A DNA stretch of 64,000 bases, taken from positions 10,580 through 74,579 of the forward strand of contig CANHQK010000001.1 of assembly GCA_947462765.1 (NCBI GenBank), given 5' to 3'. The stretch is from Bdellovibrionales bacterium. GTDB lineage: Bacteria; Bdellovibrionota; UBA1018; CAIMNF01. Positions 49,790-60,522 of this stretch are shown here, piece after piece. Both the position numbers and the translations under genes were made by a program. Below the pieces are notes generated by a model. It was not told the origin of the DNA. It worked only from the letters and a program-made list of their open reading frames with translations, and ran no database searches. Position 1 is the first letter of the stretch; the number at the start of each line of letters is the position of its first letter.

Positions 49790-50617
49790 ATGGGAAAAAT
49801 CATCGCGGTAGTGAATCAAAAAGGCGGAGTGGGAAAAACCACCACCACTGTAAATCTGGCGGCCTCTTTATCCTTGGCTGACCAAAAAGTCCTTTTGGTC
49901 GATTTTGATCCTCAGGGGAACGCTTCGTCGGCGGTGGGGTTGGCTCCCTCGCTCGGCGGAGACCAGGCGACGATCTACCAGGCCCTGTTGGGCGAGGTGG
50001 CGATTTCTCAGGTGATCGTGGAAACGGGAATCGATCACCTCTCTTTGGCGCCAGCGAACCCGCATTTGGCGGGGGCCGAGATCGAGCTCGTGGGTGCGTT
50101 CGCCCGCGAGGGAAAGCTTCGTGCGGCACTGTCCGAAATCAAGCACCGCTACGACTATGTCTTTATCGATTGTCCTCCCACGCTGGGGCTTCTTACGGTC
50201 AATGCGCTTACGGCCGCAGACTCGGTGATTGTTCCCCTGCAGGCCGAGTACTTCGCGCTCGAGGGCCTGGGACAGTTGATGACCACTATCGACCTCATCA
50301 AGCAGAGTGTGAATCCGTCACTCGCCATCGAGGGGATTGCGCTCACCATGTTCAATGGTCAGCTGAAGTTGAGTCACGAAATCGAAAACGAAGTCCGACA
50401 ACACTTTGGAGACAAGGTTTTCAAAACAGTGATCCCCCGAAACATCAAGCTGAGCGAGTGCACCTCTTTCGGAAAGCCCATCGTTCTATATGACGTCAAC
50501 TCGAAAGGCTGCGTGGCCTACCTCGATCTTGCGCGGGAGCTCCTTGAAAACTCTAAAAAAGCCAGACAACAACAGCAGGCCCCCGCACCGGGCCGTTCAG
50601 CCGAAATCGGAGGATAA
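49790..50617 (+). CDS. parA: Chromosome partitioning ATPase ParA (Soj)
   Basis: 275 aa with the deviant Walker A NQKGGVGKTTTT, plus FIDCPP. Confidence 0.95.
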   Translation: MGKIIAVVNQKGGVGKTTTTVNLAASLSLADQKVLLVDFDPQGNASSAVGLAPSLGGDQATIYQALLGEVAISQVIVETGIDHLSLAPANPHLAGAEIELVGAFAREGKLRAALSEIKHRYDYVFIDCPPTLGLLTVNALTAADSVIVPLQAEYFALEGLGQLMTTIDLIKQSVNPSLAIEGIALTMFNGQLKLSHEIENEVRQHFGDKVFKTVIPRNIKLSECTSFGKPIVLYDVNSKGCVAYLDLARELLENSKKARQQQQAPAPGRSAEIGG

Positions 50618-50620
50618 TCC

Positions 50621-51580
50621 ATGAGCACGCTTCAATCGAACAAGTCCGTACTGGGAAAGGGTCTTGCGTCCTTGTTGCCACAGGCGCCCCAAGAAGGCTC
50701 GGGTGCGCAACTGAATACTGCGACCCTGGGTCGCCCCATGACCATCCCCGGAGAGCAGCCGGGCATGAATCGGGATCGGCATCCGGGTATCGCTGTTCTG
50801 GACATCAACGAAATCCGGGCGAATGAGTTCCAGCCACGTCGCGATTTCGATCAGGGCGCTCTCGAGGAGTTGGCGCAATCGATTCGGGAGAACGGGCTGA
50901 TTCAGCCACTCGTGGTCCGCAAAACCGGAGAGGGCTATGAGCTCATCGCGGGAGAGCGCCGCCTTCGCGCCAGCAAGATCGCCGGCCTCAAGATGGTTCC
51001 GGTGGTGATTCGAAAAAGCACCGACCGTGAGTCGCTCGAGCTTGCCATTGTTGAAAACATCCAGCGTGAGGACCTGAACTGTGTGGACGAGGGTTTGGCC
51101 TATTTCCAGCTGATGCAGGAATTCCAGCTCTCTCAAGAAGAGCTCGCCAAGCGAATGGGAAAAGACCGGGCCACCATTGCAAATGCACTCCGGGTCCTGA
51201 AGCTGTCCGACACCATCCTGGTCGAGCTCAAAAAGGGAACCCTTTCGAGGGGGCACGCAAAAGCCCTTTTGTCGGTCGACGACGCCGCCGAGCGTGACCG
51301 TCTGGCAAAAGAAATTCTGGAAACAGGAATGAGTGTCCGCCAGGCCGAAAAGGTCGCTCAGGAGAAAAAAACGCAAAACGCTAAATCTGCTACGCCCACC
51401 GCAGCGTCTGCGGGCGCCCCAAAAATCGACGCGGAGCTGATGAAACTCACCCAGGACCTGACTCGTCGCTACATGTCCAAGGTCGAAATCAAGGGGACCA
51501 AAAAGTCGGGCCAAGTCGTAATTCGCTATTCATCCAAGGATGAGCTGGCGCGAATCTTCGGCCAATTGATGGGTGAATGA
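50621..51580 (+). CDS. parB: Chromosome partitioning protein ParB (Spo0J)
   Basis: 319 aa. ParB box LIAGERRLRASK, HTH region QEELAKRMGKDRATIANALR. Confidence 0.95.
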   Translation: MSTLQSNKSVLGKGLASLLPQAPQEGSGAQLNTATLGRPMTIPGEQPGMNRDRHPGIAVLDINEIRANEFQPRRDFDQGALEELAQSIRENGLIQPLVVRKTGEGYELIAGERRLRASKIAGLKMVPVVIRKSTDRESLELAIVENIQREDLNCVDEGLAYFQLMQEFQLSQEELAKRMGKDRATIANALRVLKLSDTILVELKKGTLSRGHAKALLSVDDAAERDRLAKEILETGMSVRQAEKVAQEKKTQNAKSATPTAASAGAPKIDAELMKLTQDLTRRYMSKVEIKGTKKSGQVVIRYSSKDELARIFGQLMGE

Positions 51581-51941
51581 CATGAATTACCGTCTGGACA
51601 GCTTCCCCGCACCCGAGGTCGTGTCGACCCAGATCACGGGAGTCCTCGAGTCGGCCGTTGAGTTCCGGGGCAACCTTGCCTACAGCGGATGTTTCCATGT
51701 GAACGGCGTGGTTCACGGAAAAATCAGCACCCCGGACATGTTGGTGGTGGGGGAGACGGGGCGGGTCACGGGAGAGATCACTGCGGGAGTGGTGATCATT
51801 TTCGGAAAGGTCGAGGCCATCATCCAGGCCAAGCACCGCGTCGAAATCCGGAAGCCAGCCGTTTTCAAGGGCGAGATGAGCACCCCGAGTCTGAAGGTGG
51901 AAGAGGGCGTCATCTTCGAGGGCACCAACAAAATGCTATAA
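51573..51941 (+). CDS. Bactofilin (polymer-forming cytoskeletal protein, DUF583)
   Basis: 122 aa. It shows the repetitive beta-helix pattern typical of bactofilins: FRGNLAYSGCFHVNGVVHGKI...LVVGETGRVTGEI...VIIFGKVEAIIQA..VEIRKPAVFKGEM...LKVEEGVIFEG. 8-nt overlap with parB. Confidence 0.85.
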   Translation: MNDMNYRLDSFPAPEVVSTQITGVLESAVEFRGNLAYSGCFHVNGVVHGKISTPDMLVVGETGRVTGEITAGVVIIFGKVEAIIQAKHRVEIRKPAVFKGEMSTPSLKVEEGVIFEGTNKML

Positions 51942-52037
51942 CGCCCTTGACCGGATTTCTGGCTGCGTGTTAGCACATGGGTCAACCCAAAAACCGACGC
52001 GCAATTCAAAAAGCTCAATCAAAAAGGGCGGATAGAC

Positions 52038-52478
52038 ATGAGCCAGATTCTCGAGCAATTGGAGATCAATCAAACTTTCTTCATTCAGTTCATCCTGTTC
52101 GGAGTTTTTTTCTTCGTTCTCTCCGAGCTTTACCTGAAGCCCTTTCAGCGCCTCATTGAAAAGCGCCAACAGAAGCTCACTGACGATCTCCAGGGTTCTG
52201 CCGAGCTTCTCAAGACCGTTGAATCAAAGCTGGCGGACTATGAAAAGTCGCTCGCAAGTGCGCGCTTGGAGGCGGCCAAGCAGTATGATTTGGCGCTCGC
52301 CGAGGTGCGGGCTCGCGAAGAGGCGGAAATTTCGAAAGTAAAAGACCAAGTGAAACAAGAATACCTCGAGGCGAGCAAGGCGCTGCAAGCCGAGCGCTCC
52401 AGGGTTGAGGCCGAGCTGAAGGCTCAGGTGGAAGCTCTGTCCGATTCGATGGTGAACAAAGTATTAGCGGGGAACTGA
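52038..52478 (+). CDS. F0F1 ATP synthase subunit b' (second b-type stalk subunit)
   Basis: 146 aa. One N-terminal TM (FFIQFILFGVFFFVLSELY) followed by a long charged coiled coil. It is the first gene of the stalk/F1 operon. Confidence 0.75.
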   Translation: MSQILEQLEINQTFFIQFILFGVFFFVLSELYLKPFQRLIEKRQQKLTDDLQGSAELLKTVESKLADYEKSLASARLEAAKQYDLALAEVRAREEAEISKVKDQVKQEYLEASKALQAERSRVEAELKAQVEALSDSMVNKVLAGN

Positions 52479-52482
52479 ATTC

Positions 52483-52962
52483 ATGTTGAAGCTCATCTTG
52501 CCGGCCATTCACCTTTTCGGCCTTGTTGGGTTCATCCTTTACAAGACCAGGAGTCCTTTCTTTCGGTTCATGAAAGACAGACAGCGCGAAATTTCGGATG
52601 GGCTCAATCGCTCGAAAACACAAGCCAGCGCCGCAGCCGAGAGAAAAAAAGAAATTGAAGCCAAGTTGGCAACGCTTGAGAGCGAGAAGGTCTTGATCGC
52701 CAAAGAGTGGGAAGAAAAGCGCCTGAAGCAAGCGCAGGTGATCCAGGAGTCGGCGGCTCGCGTGATTGCACAAACCCGCCGTGAGGCCGAGCAGAATCGA
52801 GTTGCTCTTGAGGCGTCGGTGGCGTCCGAGGCTTTGGCGGGTTTCAGGCGGGCGGTTTTGGTCCGAGCGATGGAAAAGATCCGCGGATCATTGAGTGCCG
52901 AAGTTCAGGCGCGCCTCCAGAAGCAGTTTCTGAACGAAATCTCCGGCGGAGGTGCTCGATGA
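52483..52962 (+). CDS. atpF: F0F1 ATP synthase subunit b
   Basis: 159 aa. An N-terminal TM followed by a charged helix. It precedes atpH with a 4-nt overlap. Confidence 0.75.
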   Translation: MLKLILPAIHLFGLVGFILYKTRSPFFRFMKDRQREISDGLNRSKTQASAAAERKKEIEAKLATLESEKVLIAKEWEEKRLKQAQVIQESAARVIAQTRREAEQNRVALEASVASEALAGFRRAVLVRAMEKIRGSLSAEVQARLQKQFLNEISGGGAR

Positions 52963-53492
52963 AGGCAGTCAGGTTGTACGCGCAGGTTCTGGTGGATGTG
53001 GCGCTTGCTCCCCAGTCGGGAGTCGATCTCGGCAGGGTGATTCGCGAGTTGTCCGCTTTTTCGGCCTCCTTTAGTGAGTCGGAAATCGCACACAAGGTAT
53101 TCGAGAACCCGGCGATCACCGAAGAGGAGCGCCAGAAGGGGCTGAAGGCGCTGACCTCGAAATTCGATTTGGGAGCCACTTCTGAACGGTTTTTGGCCAT
53201 TCTCTTGCGCCGCGGGCGGTTGAATTTGCTGGCCGAAATCATCCGCGAGGTGGAGTGGATCGAAATCGAAAGACGCGGTGGAGTCATGGGTGAGGTGGTG
53301 AGCGCTGTGGCGCTCGAGCCGGCGACTCTGGCCGGAATTGCCGAAGCCCTCGGTAAGCGCCTGAACAAGCCCGTTCAGCTGAAGCAAAAGACCGATCCGG
53401 CCCTGATCGCCGGAATGCGTGTGACCGTCGGGGGGATTACCTACGATGGGTCGGTCAAAGGCAAGTTGGACAAGTGGTCCGAACTGAACTGA
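52959..53492 (+). CDS. atpH: F0F1 ATP synthase subunit delta (OSCP)
   Basis: 177 aa. It lies between atpF and atpA. The C-terminus LIAGMRVTVGGITYDGSVKGKL is typical of delta. Confidence 0.85.
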   Translation: MKAVRLYAQVLVDVALAPQSGVDLGRVIRELSAFSASFSESEIAHKVFENPAITEEERQKGLKALTSKFDLGATSERFLAILLRRGRLNLLAEIIREVEWIEIERRGGVMGEVVSAVALEPATLAGIAEALGKRLNKPVQLKQKTDPALIAGMRVTVGGITYDGSVKGKLDKWSELN

Positions 53493-53529
53493 ATAAAAAA
53501 CTTTTTGAATTGAACTTTAGGAGAACAAA

Positions 53530-55035
53530 ATGAGCCTGAAAGCAAATGAGATCGCAGAAGTCCTGAAAAGCCAGCTTGCCAACCTCGATAGCAAGCTCGA
53601 TGTGTCAGAAACCGGTACCGTCCTCGCCGTCGGTGACGGCGTTGCCAAAATTTACGGCCTCGAAAAAGCCATGGCCGGTGAGTTGGTCGACTTCGGAAGC
53701 GGCGTGAGCGGAATGGTTCTCAACCTCGAGGAAATGGCTGTCGGCGTGGCAATCCTCGGTGACGAAACTCTCATTAAAGAGGGCGCGACTGTGAAGCGGA
53801 CCGGGAAGATCGTTCAGGTTCCCGTCGGCAAGGAACTCCTTGGCCGCGTGGTGAACTCCCTCGGTCAGCCGGTCGATGGATTGGGAGAAATCAAAGCAAG
53901 CAAGTTCAGCCGCGTGGAAGTCAAAGCTCCCGGTATCATCGAGCGGAAGTCGGTCCATGAGCCGCTCCAAACCGGCCTGAAGGCGATCGACGCCATGATT
54001 CCGATCGGCCGCGGACAGCGCGAATTGATCATCGGTGACCGCCAGACTGGCAAGACCGCGATTGCGATCGACACCATCATCAACCAAAAAGGCAAAGACG
54101 TGTTCTGCATCTACGTTGCCATCGGACAGAAGCAGTCGACGGTTGCACAGGTGGTGGATCGCCTCAAGAAGGCCGGCGCTATGGACTACACCATTGTCGT
54201 CGCGGCGAACGCCTCCGAGCAGGCACCGCTTCAGTTCCTGGCCCCCTACACCGGCGTGACCATGGGTGAGTACTTCCGCGACAACGGGATGCACGCCCTG
54301 ATCGTGTACGATGACCTGACCAAGCAGGCGCAGGCTTACCGTCAGCTTTCCCTTCTGCTCCGTCGTCCTCCGGGCCGCGAAGCTTATCCGGGAGACGTGT
54401 TCTATCTCCACTCCCGTCTGCTCGAGCGCGCAGCAAAGTTGTCTGACAAGCTCGGTGCCGGCAGCTTGACCGCCCTGCCCATCATTGAAACCCAGGCGGG
54501 TGACGTTTCGGGGTATATCCCCACTAACGTGATTTCGATCACCGACGGACAGATCTTCCTCGAGAGCGACTTGTTTTACAGCGGTGTCCGTCCGGCGGTG
54601 AACGTCGGTCTCTCTGTTTCGCGGGTGGGTGGTGCGGCCCAGATCAAGGCGATGAAGCAAGTGGCCGGAACTCTCCGGATCGATCTCGCCCAGTACCGCG
54701 AAAAAGCGGCATTCGCCCAGTTCGGTTCCGACCTCGACCCGGCCACCCAGCGCCAGCTGGCCCGCGGACAGCGACTGGTCGAAATCCTGAAGCAGGCGCA
54801 GTACCAGCCTCAGCAGGTGGAACAGCAGATCCTGATCATTTTCGCAGGCGTGAACGGATTCCTCGACAACACCCCGACCAACCGTCTGGGTGCATACGAG
54901 GCCCAGCTCAAGGACTACCTGGCGAAAAATCACGCTGACATCGCTGAAACCATCGCCACCAAGAAGGCGATCGATGACGCGACCAAGGCCCAGCTCATGG
55001 ATGCCCTGAAGGCCTTCGAGAAGGTGTTCAGCTAA
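53530..55035 (+). CDS. atpA: F0F1 ATP synthase subunit alpha
   Basis: 501 aa. P-loop GDRQTGKTA, plus [42 protein letters not shown]. Confidence 0.97.
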   Translation: MSLKANEIAEVLKSQLANLDSKLDVSETGTVLAVGDGVAKIYGLEKAMAGELVDFGSGVSGMVLNLEEMAVGVAILGDETLIKEGATVKRTGKIVQVPVGKELLGRVVNSLGQPVDGLGEIKASKFSRVEVKAPGIIERKSVHEPLQTGLKAIDAMIPIGRGQRELIIGDRQTGKTAIAIDTIINQKGKDVFCIYVAIGQKQSTVAQVVDRLKKAGAMDYTIVVAANASEQAPLQFLAPYTGVTMGEYFRDNGMHALIVYDDLTKQAQAYRQLSLLLRRPPGREAYPGDVFYLHSRLLERAAKLSDKLGAGSLTALPIIETQAGDVSGYIPTNVISITDGQIFLESDLFYSGVRPAVNVGLSVSRVGGAAQIKAMKQVAGTLRIDLAQYREKAAFAQFGSDLDPATQRQLARGQRLVEILKQAQYQPQQVEQQILIIFAGVNGFLDNTPTNRLGAYEAQLKDYLAKNHADIAETIATKKAIDDATKAQLMDALKAFEKVFS

Positions 55036-55898
55036 TGCCAAGTATCAAGGACCTGAAAAGCAGAATCGGGTCGACCAAGAACACCCAGCAGACCACCAAG
55101 GCCATGAAGATGGTCTCGGCAGCGAAGCTCCGCCGTGCCACGGAAGCGATCATGAGTCAGCGTCCGTACGCGAAAGAGATCGCCAGGATGATGGGGGTGC
55201 TTGCGGCCCAAGGTGCCGGACCCGCTGAGCGCGCGGCTGCAAAGCCCGTGACGCTGGTGGTGGCCTTCAGCTCCGACCGCGGACTCTGCGGTGGCTACAA
55301 TGGATCGGTGATCCGCGCCACCCTGAACTGTCTCGGACAGAGGGCGGCCGAAGGCAAAGCCGTGAAGTGCGTGTTCGTTGGCAAGAAGGCGTATGAGGGT
55401 GTGAAGATCCGCTCCAAGGTGGACCTCGCCCATTACGAGGAATTCGGCGCCAAGATCACTTTCCGCAAGGCCGGCGAGCTTTCGAAGAAAATCCTTCCCC
55501 TCTTCGAGTCCGGAGAGGTCGACGAGGTGATCTTCATTTACAACGAGTTCAAGAATGCGATCAGTCAGGTGATCCGCACCGATTCGGTTCTTCCCCTGGC
55601 GCTCGAGGCTGGCAGTGCGGATCCGAAATCGGATCTGCTCATCCTCGAGCCTTCCAAGCAGGAGCTGTTCGAATCTTTGTCCTCGAAGTATTTCGTGATC
55701 CAGATCTTCAAGGCACTGCTCGAAGCCCAGGCTTCGGAGCACGGCTCCCGGATGAGTGCCATGGAGAATGCGACGAAGAACGCCGGAGACATGATCCGGA
55801 AGCTCACCCTCCAGTACAACAAACAGCGCCAAGCGGCGATCACGAAGGAACTTCTCGAGATCATCGCCGGTAGCGAATCGGCCAAAACCCAAGCGTAA
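55035..55898 (+). CDS. atpG: F0F1 ATP synthase subunit gamma
   Basis: 287 aa. N-terminus [35 protein letters not shown] and C-terminus ITKELLEIIAG. Confidence 0.95.
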   Translation: MPSIKDLKSRIGSTKNTQQTTKAMKMVSAAKLRRATEAIMSQRPYAKEIARMMGVLAAQGAGPAERAAAKPVTLVVAFSSDRGLCGGYNGSVIRATLNCLGQRAAEGKAVKCVFVGKKAYEGVKIRSKVDLAHYEEFGAKITFRKAGELSKKILPLFESGEVDEVIFIYNEFKNAISQVIRTDSVLPLALEAGSADPKSDLLILEPSKQELFESLSSKYFVIQIFKALLEAQASEHGSRMSAMENATKNAGDMIRKLTLQYNKQRQAAITKELLEIIAGSESAKTQA

Positions 55899-55905
55899 CC
55901 TTTAA

Positions 55906-57342
<1,437 letters not shown>

Positions 57343-57356
57343 GGAAGGGCGGAATC

Positions 57357-57761
57357 ATGCAAACTTTCAGTTTGAGCATTTTCGCTCCCGAACGCCGACT
57401 CACCCAGGATGAGCAAGTCAAATCGCTCATCCTCACGACGGCAAAGGGTGAGGTGGAGATCCTGCCCGGTCATGCGGACATGATCTCCCGTCTCGAGACC
57501 GGACGCTTTGCTTTCCAAGCCGATGGAAAGTCACTAGTGACCGGAGTGATTTCGAGCGGATTCGTCAGCGTCGAGAACGGTAAGGTCAAAGTGATCGCTG
57601 AGACGCTCGAGCTTCCGCACGAGATCGACAAGTCGCGGGCGCGCAACGCCCAGATCAAGGCTGAGAAAATGCTGAGTGATGCTTCGCTCGACGAACACAG
57701 CTTCAAGAAGTATCAGCTCAAGCTCCAGAGATCGATCATCCGTCAATCCATTGGCGTCTGA
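57357..57761 (+). CDS. atpC: F0F1 ATP synthase subunit epsilon
   Basis: 134 aa. An N-terminal beta-sandwich (GEVEILPGHADMISRL) with a C-terminal helical hairpin. It follows atpD. Confidence 0.9.
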   Translation: MQTFSLSIFAPERRLTQDEQVKSLILTTAKGEVEILPGHADMISRLETGRFAFQADGKSLVTGVISSGFVSVENGKVKVIAETLELPHEIDKSRARNAQIKAEKMLSDASLDEHSFKKYQLKLQRSIIRQSIGV

Positions 57762-57781
57762 ATCACAAGGTAGATGAATCG

Positions 57782-57821
57782 AAAGGGCCGCGGGGGTTCC
57801 CCGGGGCCCTTTTTCTTTCTT
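57782..57821 (+). terminator. Rho-independent terminator of the atp stalk/F1 operon
   Basis: GGGCCGCGGGG pairs with CCCCGGGGCCC (one mismatch, GTT(C) loop). It is followed by TTTTTCTTTCTT. Confidence 0.7.
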
Positions 57822-57892
57822 ATTGTCAGCCCTTGCGCTTTGTCCCATACTGGGAACATCGCGATCCGACAAAGGATGTCGGAAAAAATGAA

Positions 57893-59500
57893 ATGAACGG
57901 AATCGTTTCCGAGAGCGCATCACGCAGTATCTCCGGAGTGTCGCAGTGGGTCTCCCTCGGGGGTGTGCTTTCCTGTCTCATGGGGGGCTTTGTTTTCGGT
58001 TACCACACGGATCCCGTTTCGCTTGCGGAAATCGAATCGGATTGGGCCGAAGCCACCAGCTGGATTCATACGATTACGGGCAAACTCTCTTCTCCCTCTC
58101 TGAATAGCCAAGGAATGCGAGGTCCTGTCTTGGCTAACCAGACCAGGGCCGCCGGAATTGAAGCCCCACAAGAAACCTTGACCTGGAGCCGGAGTTCGAC
58201 CGAGGTCGATCCGGAAGCAACCGTCACCCTGGCAAAAGGTCTGAACGAACAACAGCGACATCAGCTCCAGCAGATTCTCATTCGAGCGGGGGTCGCTCCC
58301 CGCGCGGTCAGAAGTGCGCGGGCTCCGGTGCGACCCGATCCCAAAGTCTGGGATCCGGTCGAAAGCACGTCTGACGAGATGGCGTTGGCTTCAGAGCCGG
58401 GAACCGATCCCTGTAAGCTCGGCTTGAATCATGAGTTCCTTCATGCAGGGCGCGCGCATTGTCCGGAGCGTGCCACAGCGCTTTCACGCAACCACCGAGC
58501 CGAAGGTTGGGTGAAGGTGGAAGGATCAGGTCATTTGCCCTCCATCGTGCATCAGCCCGCCCCGAATGGGGGGGCGTCTTTGCTCCTCGACTCGAGTGAG
58601 CTGAATGATCTTGCTCTCCGGGCTGGAATCGGGATCGTCAAGGGTGCCGGTGTGATTGTCGGTCCTGCACAAACCGGATACCGGATCAGTTTTGCCGGGC
58701 GATCAGAGGAGCCTGAATGGTTCGAATCCGGAGGAAAACGATACTTCGCGATTTTGAATGCCGAACCCGGCGCCGGAGTGATCGAGCTGGCCAAGGAAAA
58801 CGATCCGACCGAAATCGCAACGGTGTTCGTACCGGTGCTCGGAGACTTGATCACCTATGTCGATCTCGCGCCGCCGGTCAGAACCGATCTGTCGGTCAGA
58901 GTGGTCAAGACCGGAAGGCTCGAGGACCCCGACACCACCGGGTTGACAGTCGGTTGGTCGATGCACCAAGGGATCCGCGCCATCACACGGAATTCAGGAT
59001 TCGCCGAACTGAAGGGGGTTCATATCGTGCCGGGATTCCCCGCATTCTTGGATATCCAAAGCCGGCGCGGGGAAGAGCCGGGATTCGTCCACCGCTACGA
59101 GATCCGGAACCCGGCAGACGGGCAGCTCCACCTCCTACCCCAAATCCCCGAACCGCAACTCTCCAAATGGCTCGGACAAGTGCGGACTGGCCTGAGTGAC
59201 CAATCCGCGATGATTGTCGGGAGTATCCGGCCGAGCCGCATCAACCCGCAGGGCCCGCCCGTGACGGCATCGGTCGAGCCCTTGACTGAAAAATACGGAC
59301 TCGAACCCCTGACCTATACATTGCTTTGGGATGGAAAAATCAGCTCCCAAGCCCCGCTCGACCCCAAATCCCCCCGATTCATGGTGGTTCAGATTCCGGA
59401 GGGTTTGAGCCAAGTCAGAATCGGGACCGATCAGACAACCCCGGCGATCCTCGGACTTCTTCCTGTTTCGCCCCGGGTGATCCATGTGATAACAGAATGA
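57893..59500 (+). CDS. Membrane-anchored protein of unknown function (535 aa)
   Basis: The ORF track starts at a TTG at 57833. The ATG at 57893 gives MNGIVSE... with a single TM (VSLGGVLSCLMGGFVFGY). I recognise no motif. The stop overlaps the xseB start (ATGA). Confidence 0.6.
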   Translation: MNGIVSESASRSISGVSQWVSLGGVLSCLMGGFVFGYHTDPVSLAEIESDWAEATSWIHTITGKLSSPSLNSQGMRGPVLANQTRAAGIEAPQETLTWSRSSTEVDPEATVTLAKGLNEQQRHQLQQILIRAGVAPRAVRSARAPVRPDPKVWDPVESTSDEMALASEPGTDPCKLGLNHEFLHAGRAHCPERATALSRNHRAEGWVKVEGSGHLPSIVHQPAPNGGASLLLDSSELNDLALRAGIGIVKGAGVIVGPAQTGYRISFAGRSEEPEWFESGGKRYFAILNAEPGAGVIELAKENDPTEIATVFVPVLGDLITYVDLAPPVRTDLSVRVVKTGRLEDPDTTGLTVGWSMHQGIRAITRNSGFAELKGVHIVPGFPAFLDIQSRRGEEPGFVHRYEIRNPADGQLHLLPQIPEPQLSKWLGQVRTGLSDQSAMIVGSIRPSRINPQGPPVTASVEPLTEKYGLEPLTYTLLWDGKISSQAPLDPKSPRFMVVQIPEGLSQVRIGTDQTTPAILGLLPVSPRVIHVITE

Positions 59501-59733
59501 TCATGGACCAGACGAACCCCTTCGAATCCGCACTTGCCCGCCTCGAAACGATCGTCAAGAATATCGAAGCAGGAAATCTGCCTCTCGAAGAATCTCTCAC
59601 GGCTTTTCAAGAGGGTGTCGGTCTGATTCAACAGTGTCAGACCCTGCTGTCGCAAGCCGAGCAAAAGGTCGAGATGCTCGTTAAGGCCGGAGCATCCGGA
59701 GTCGAGACGAAGCCGCTTCGCGATCCGACATGA
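59497..59733 (+). CDS. xseB: Exodeoxyribonuclease VII small subunit
   Basis: This is the internal part of track ORF 59326..59733. MIMDQTNPFESALARLETIVKNIEAGNLPLEESLTAFQEGVGLIQQCQTLLSQAEQKVEML is typical of XseB. Confidence 0.85.
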   Translation: MIMDQTNPFESALARLETIVKNIEAGNLPLEESLTAFQEGVGLIQQCQTLLSQAEQKVEMLVKAGASGVETKPLRDPT

Positions 59734-60470
59734 GCCGGGAGCCGCGTCGTCTGGATCAGGCGCTCGTGGAACTCGGCCTCGCCCCTACGCGAACGCGCGC
59801 ACAAGAATGGATTGAGGCCGGTCGTGTGAGTGTCCGTGGAAAAGCAGCCCTGAAGCCTTCGCTGAAGGTGGCCGAAACCGAGTCCATTGAGGTGGATTTT
59901 CCGGAGACACAATGGGTCTCCCGGGGTGCGCATAAGCTGTTGGCAGCCCTGGATGCTTTCCGAATCGATCCCAGTGGCAGGATTGCCTTCGATATCGGGG
60001 CCTCCACCGGCGGCTTCACCGAAGTGCTGTTATCAAGAGGGGCGGAAAAGATCCACGCGGTCGATGTCGGACACGGACAGTTGGCTTCGAAATTAAGGCA
60101 AAATCCGAAAGTGAATCATGTTGAGGGATACCACGCCCGGAACTTGAACCCGGACGACTTCGACTCACTGGCGTCCTTGTTGGTCATGGACGTATCGTTC
60201 ATTTCGGTTCGATTGGTGCTCCCGGCGGTCCTTCGCGCACTCACCCCGGGGGCGGACCTCATCGTGCTCTTCAAACCCCAATTCGAAGTGGGACGTGAGT
60301 TTCTCGGATCCGGAGGAGTCGTTCGTGATGCGGATGTTCGAGAACGGGCCTTGCGAGAGGTGCTCGAGTGGTCGAAAAGCCAGCCCTTGTTGCATCGCGG
60401 AACGCTGGAGTCCCCCATCATCGGAGGAGACGGAAATCACGAATACCTGATCCATTGGACAAAAAGTTGA
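59730..60470 (+). CDS. tlyA: TlyA-family rRNA 2'-O-methyltransferase (S4 domain + FtsJ-like methyltransferase)
   Basis: 246 aa. S4-like N-terminus RLDQALVELGLAPTRTRAQEWIEAGRVSV, and SAM motif FDIGASTGGFTEVLL. Confidence 0.88.
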   Translation: MSREPRRLDQALVELGLAPTRTRAQEWIEAGRVSVRGKAALKPSLKVAETESIEVDFPETQWVSRGAHKLLAALDAFRIDPSGRIAFDIGASTGGFTEVLLSRGAEKIHAVDVGHGQLASKLRQNPKVNHVEGYHARNLNPDDFDSLASLLVMDVSFISVRLVLPAVLRALTPGADLIVLFKPQFEVGREFLGSGGVVRDADVRERALREVLEWSKSQPLLHRGTLESPIIGGDGNHEYLIHWTKS

Positions 60471-60522
60471 CAATATATTGACCGTACCGGGAGAGATGCC
60501 GGAGTGCTAAACTGAGGGGCAC

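Noticed and set aside
51942-52037. TTGACC ... TTAGCA upstream of the atp stalk/F1 operon as a promoter.
   Set aside because: The spacing is acceptable at 17 nt, but the -10 hexamer matches TATAAT at only one or two positions. That is not enough to report as a feature.
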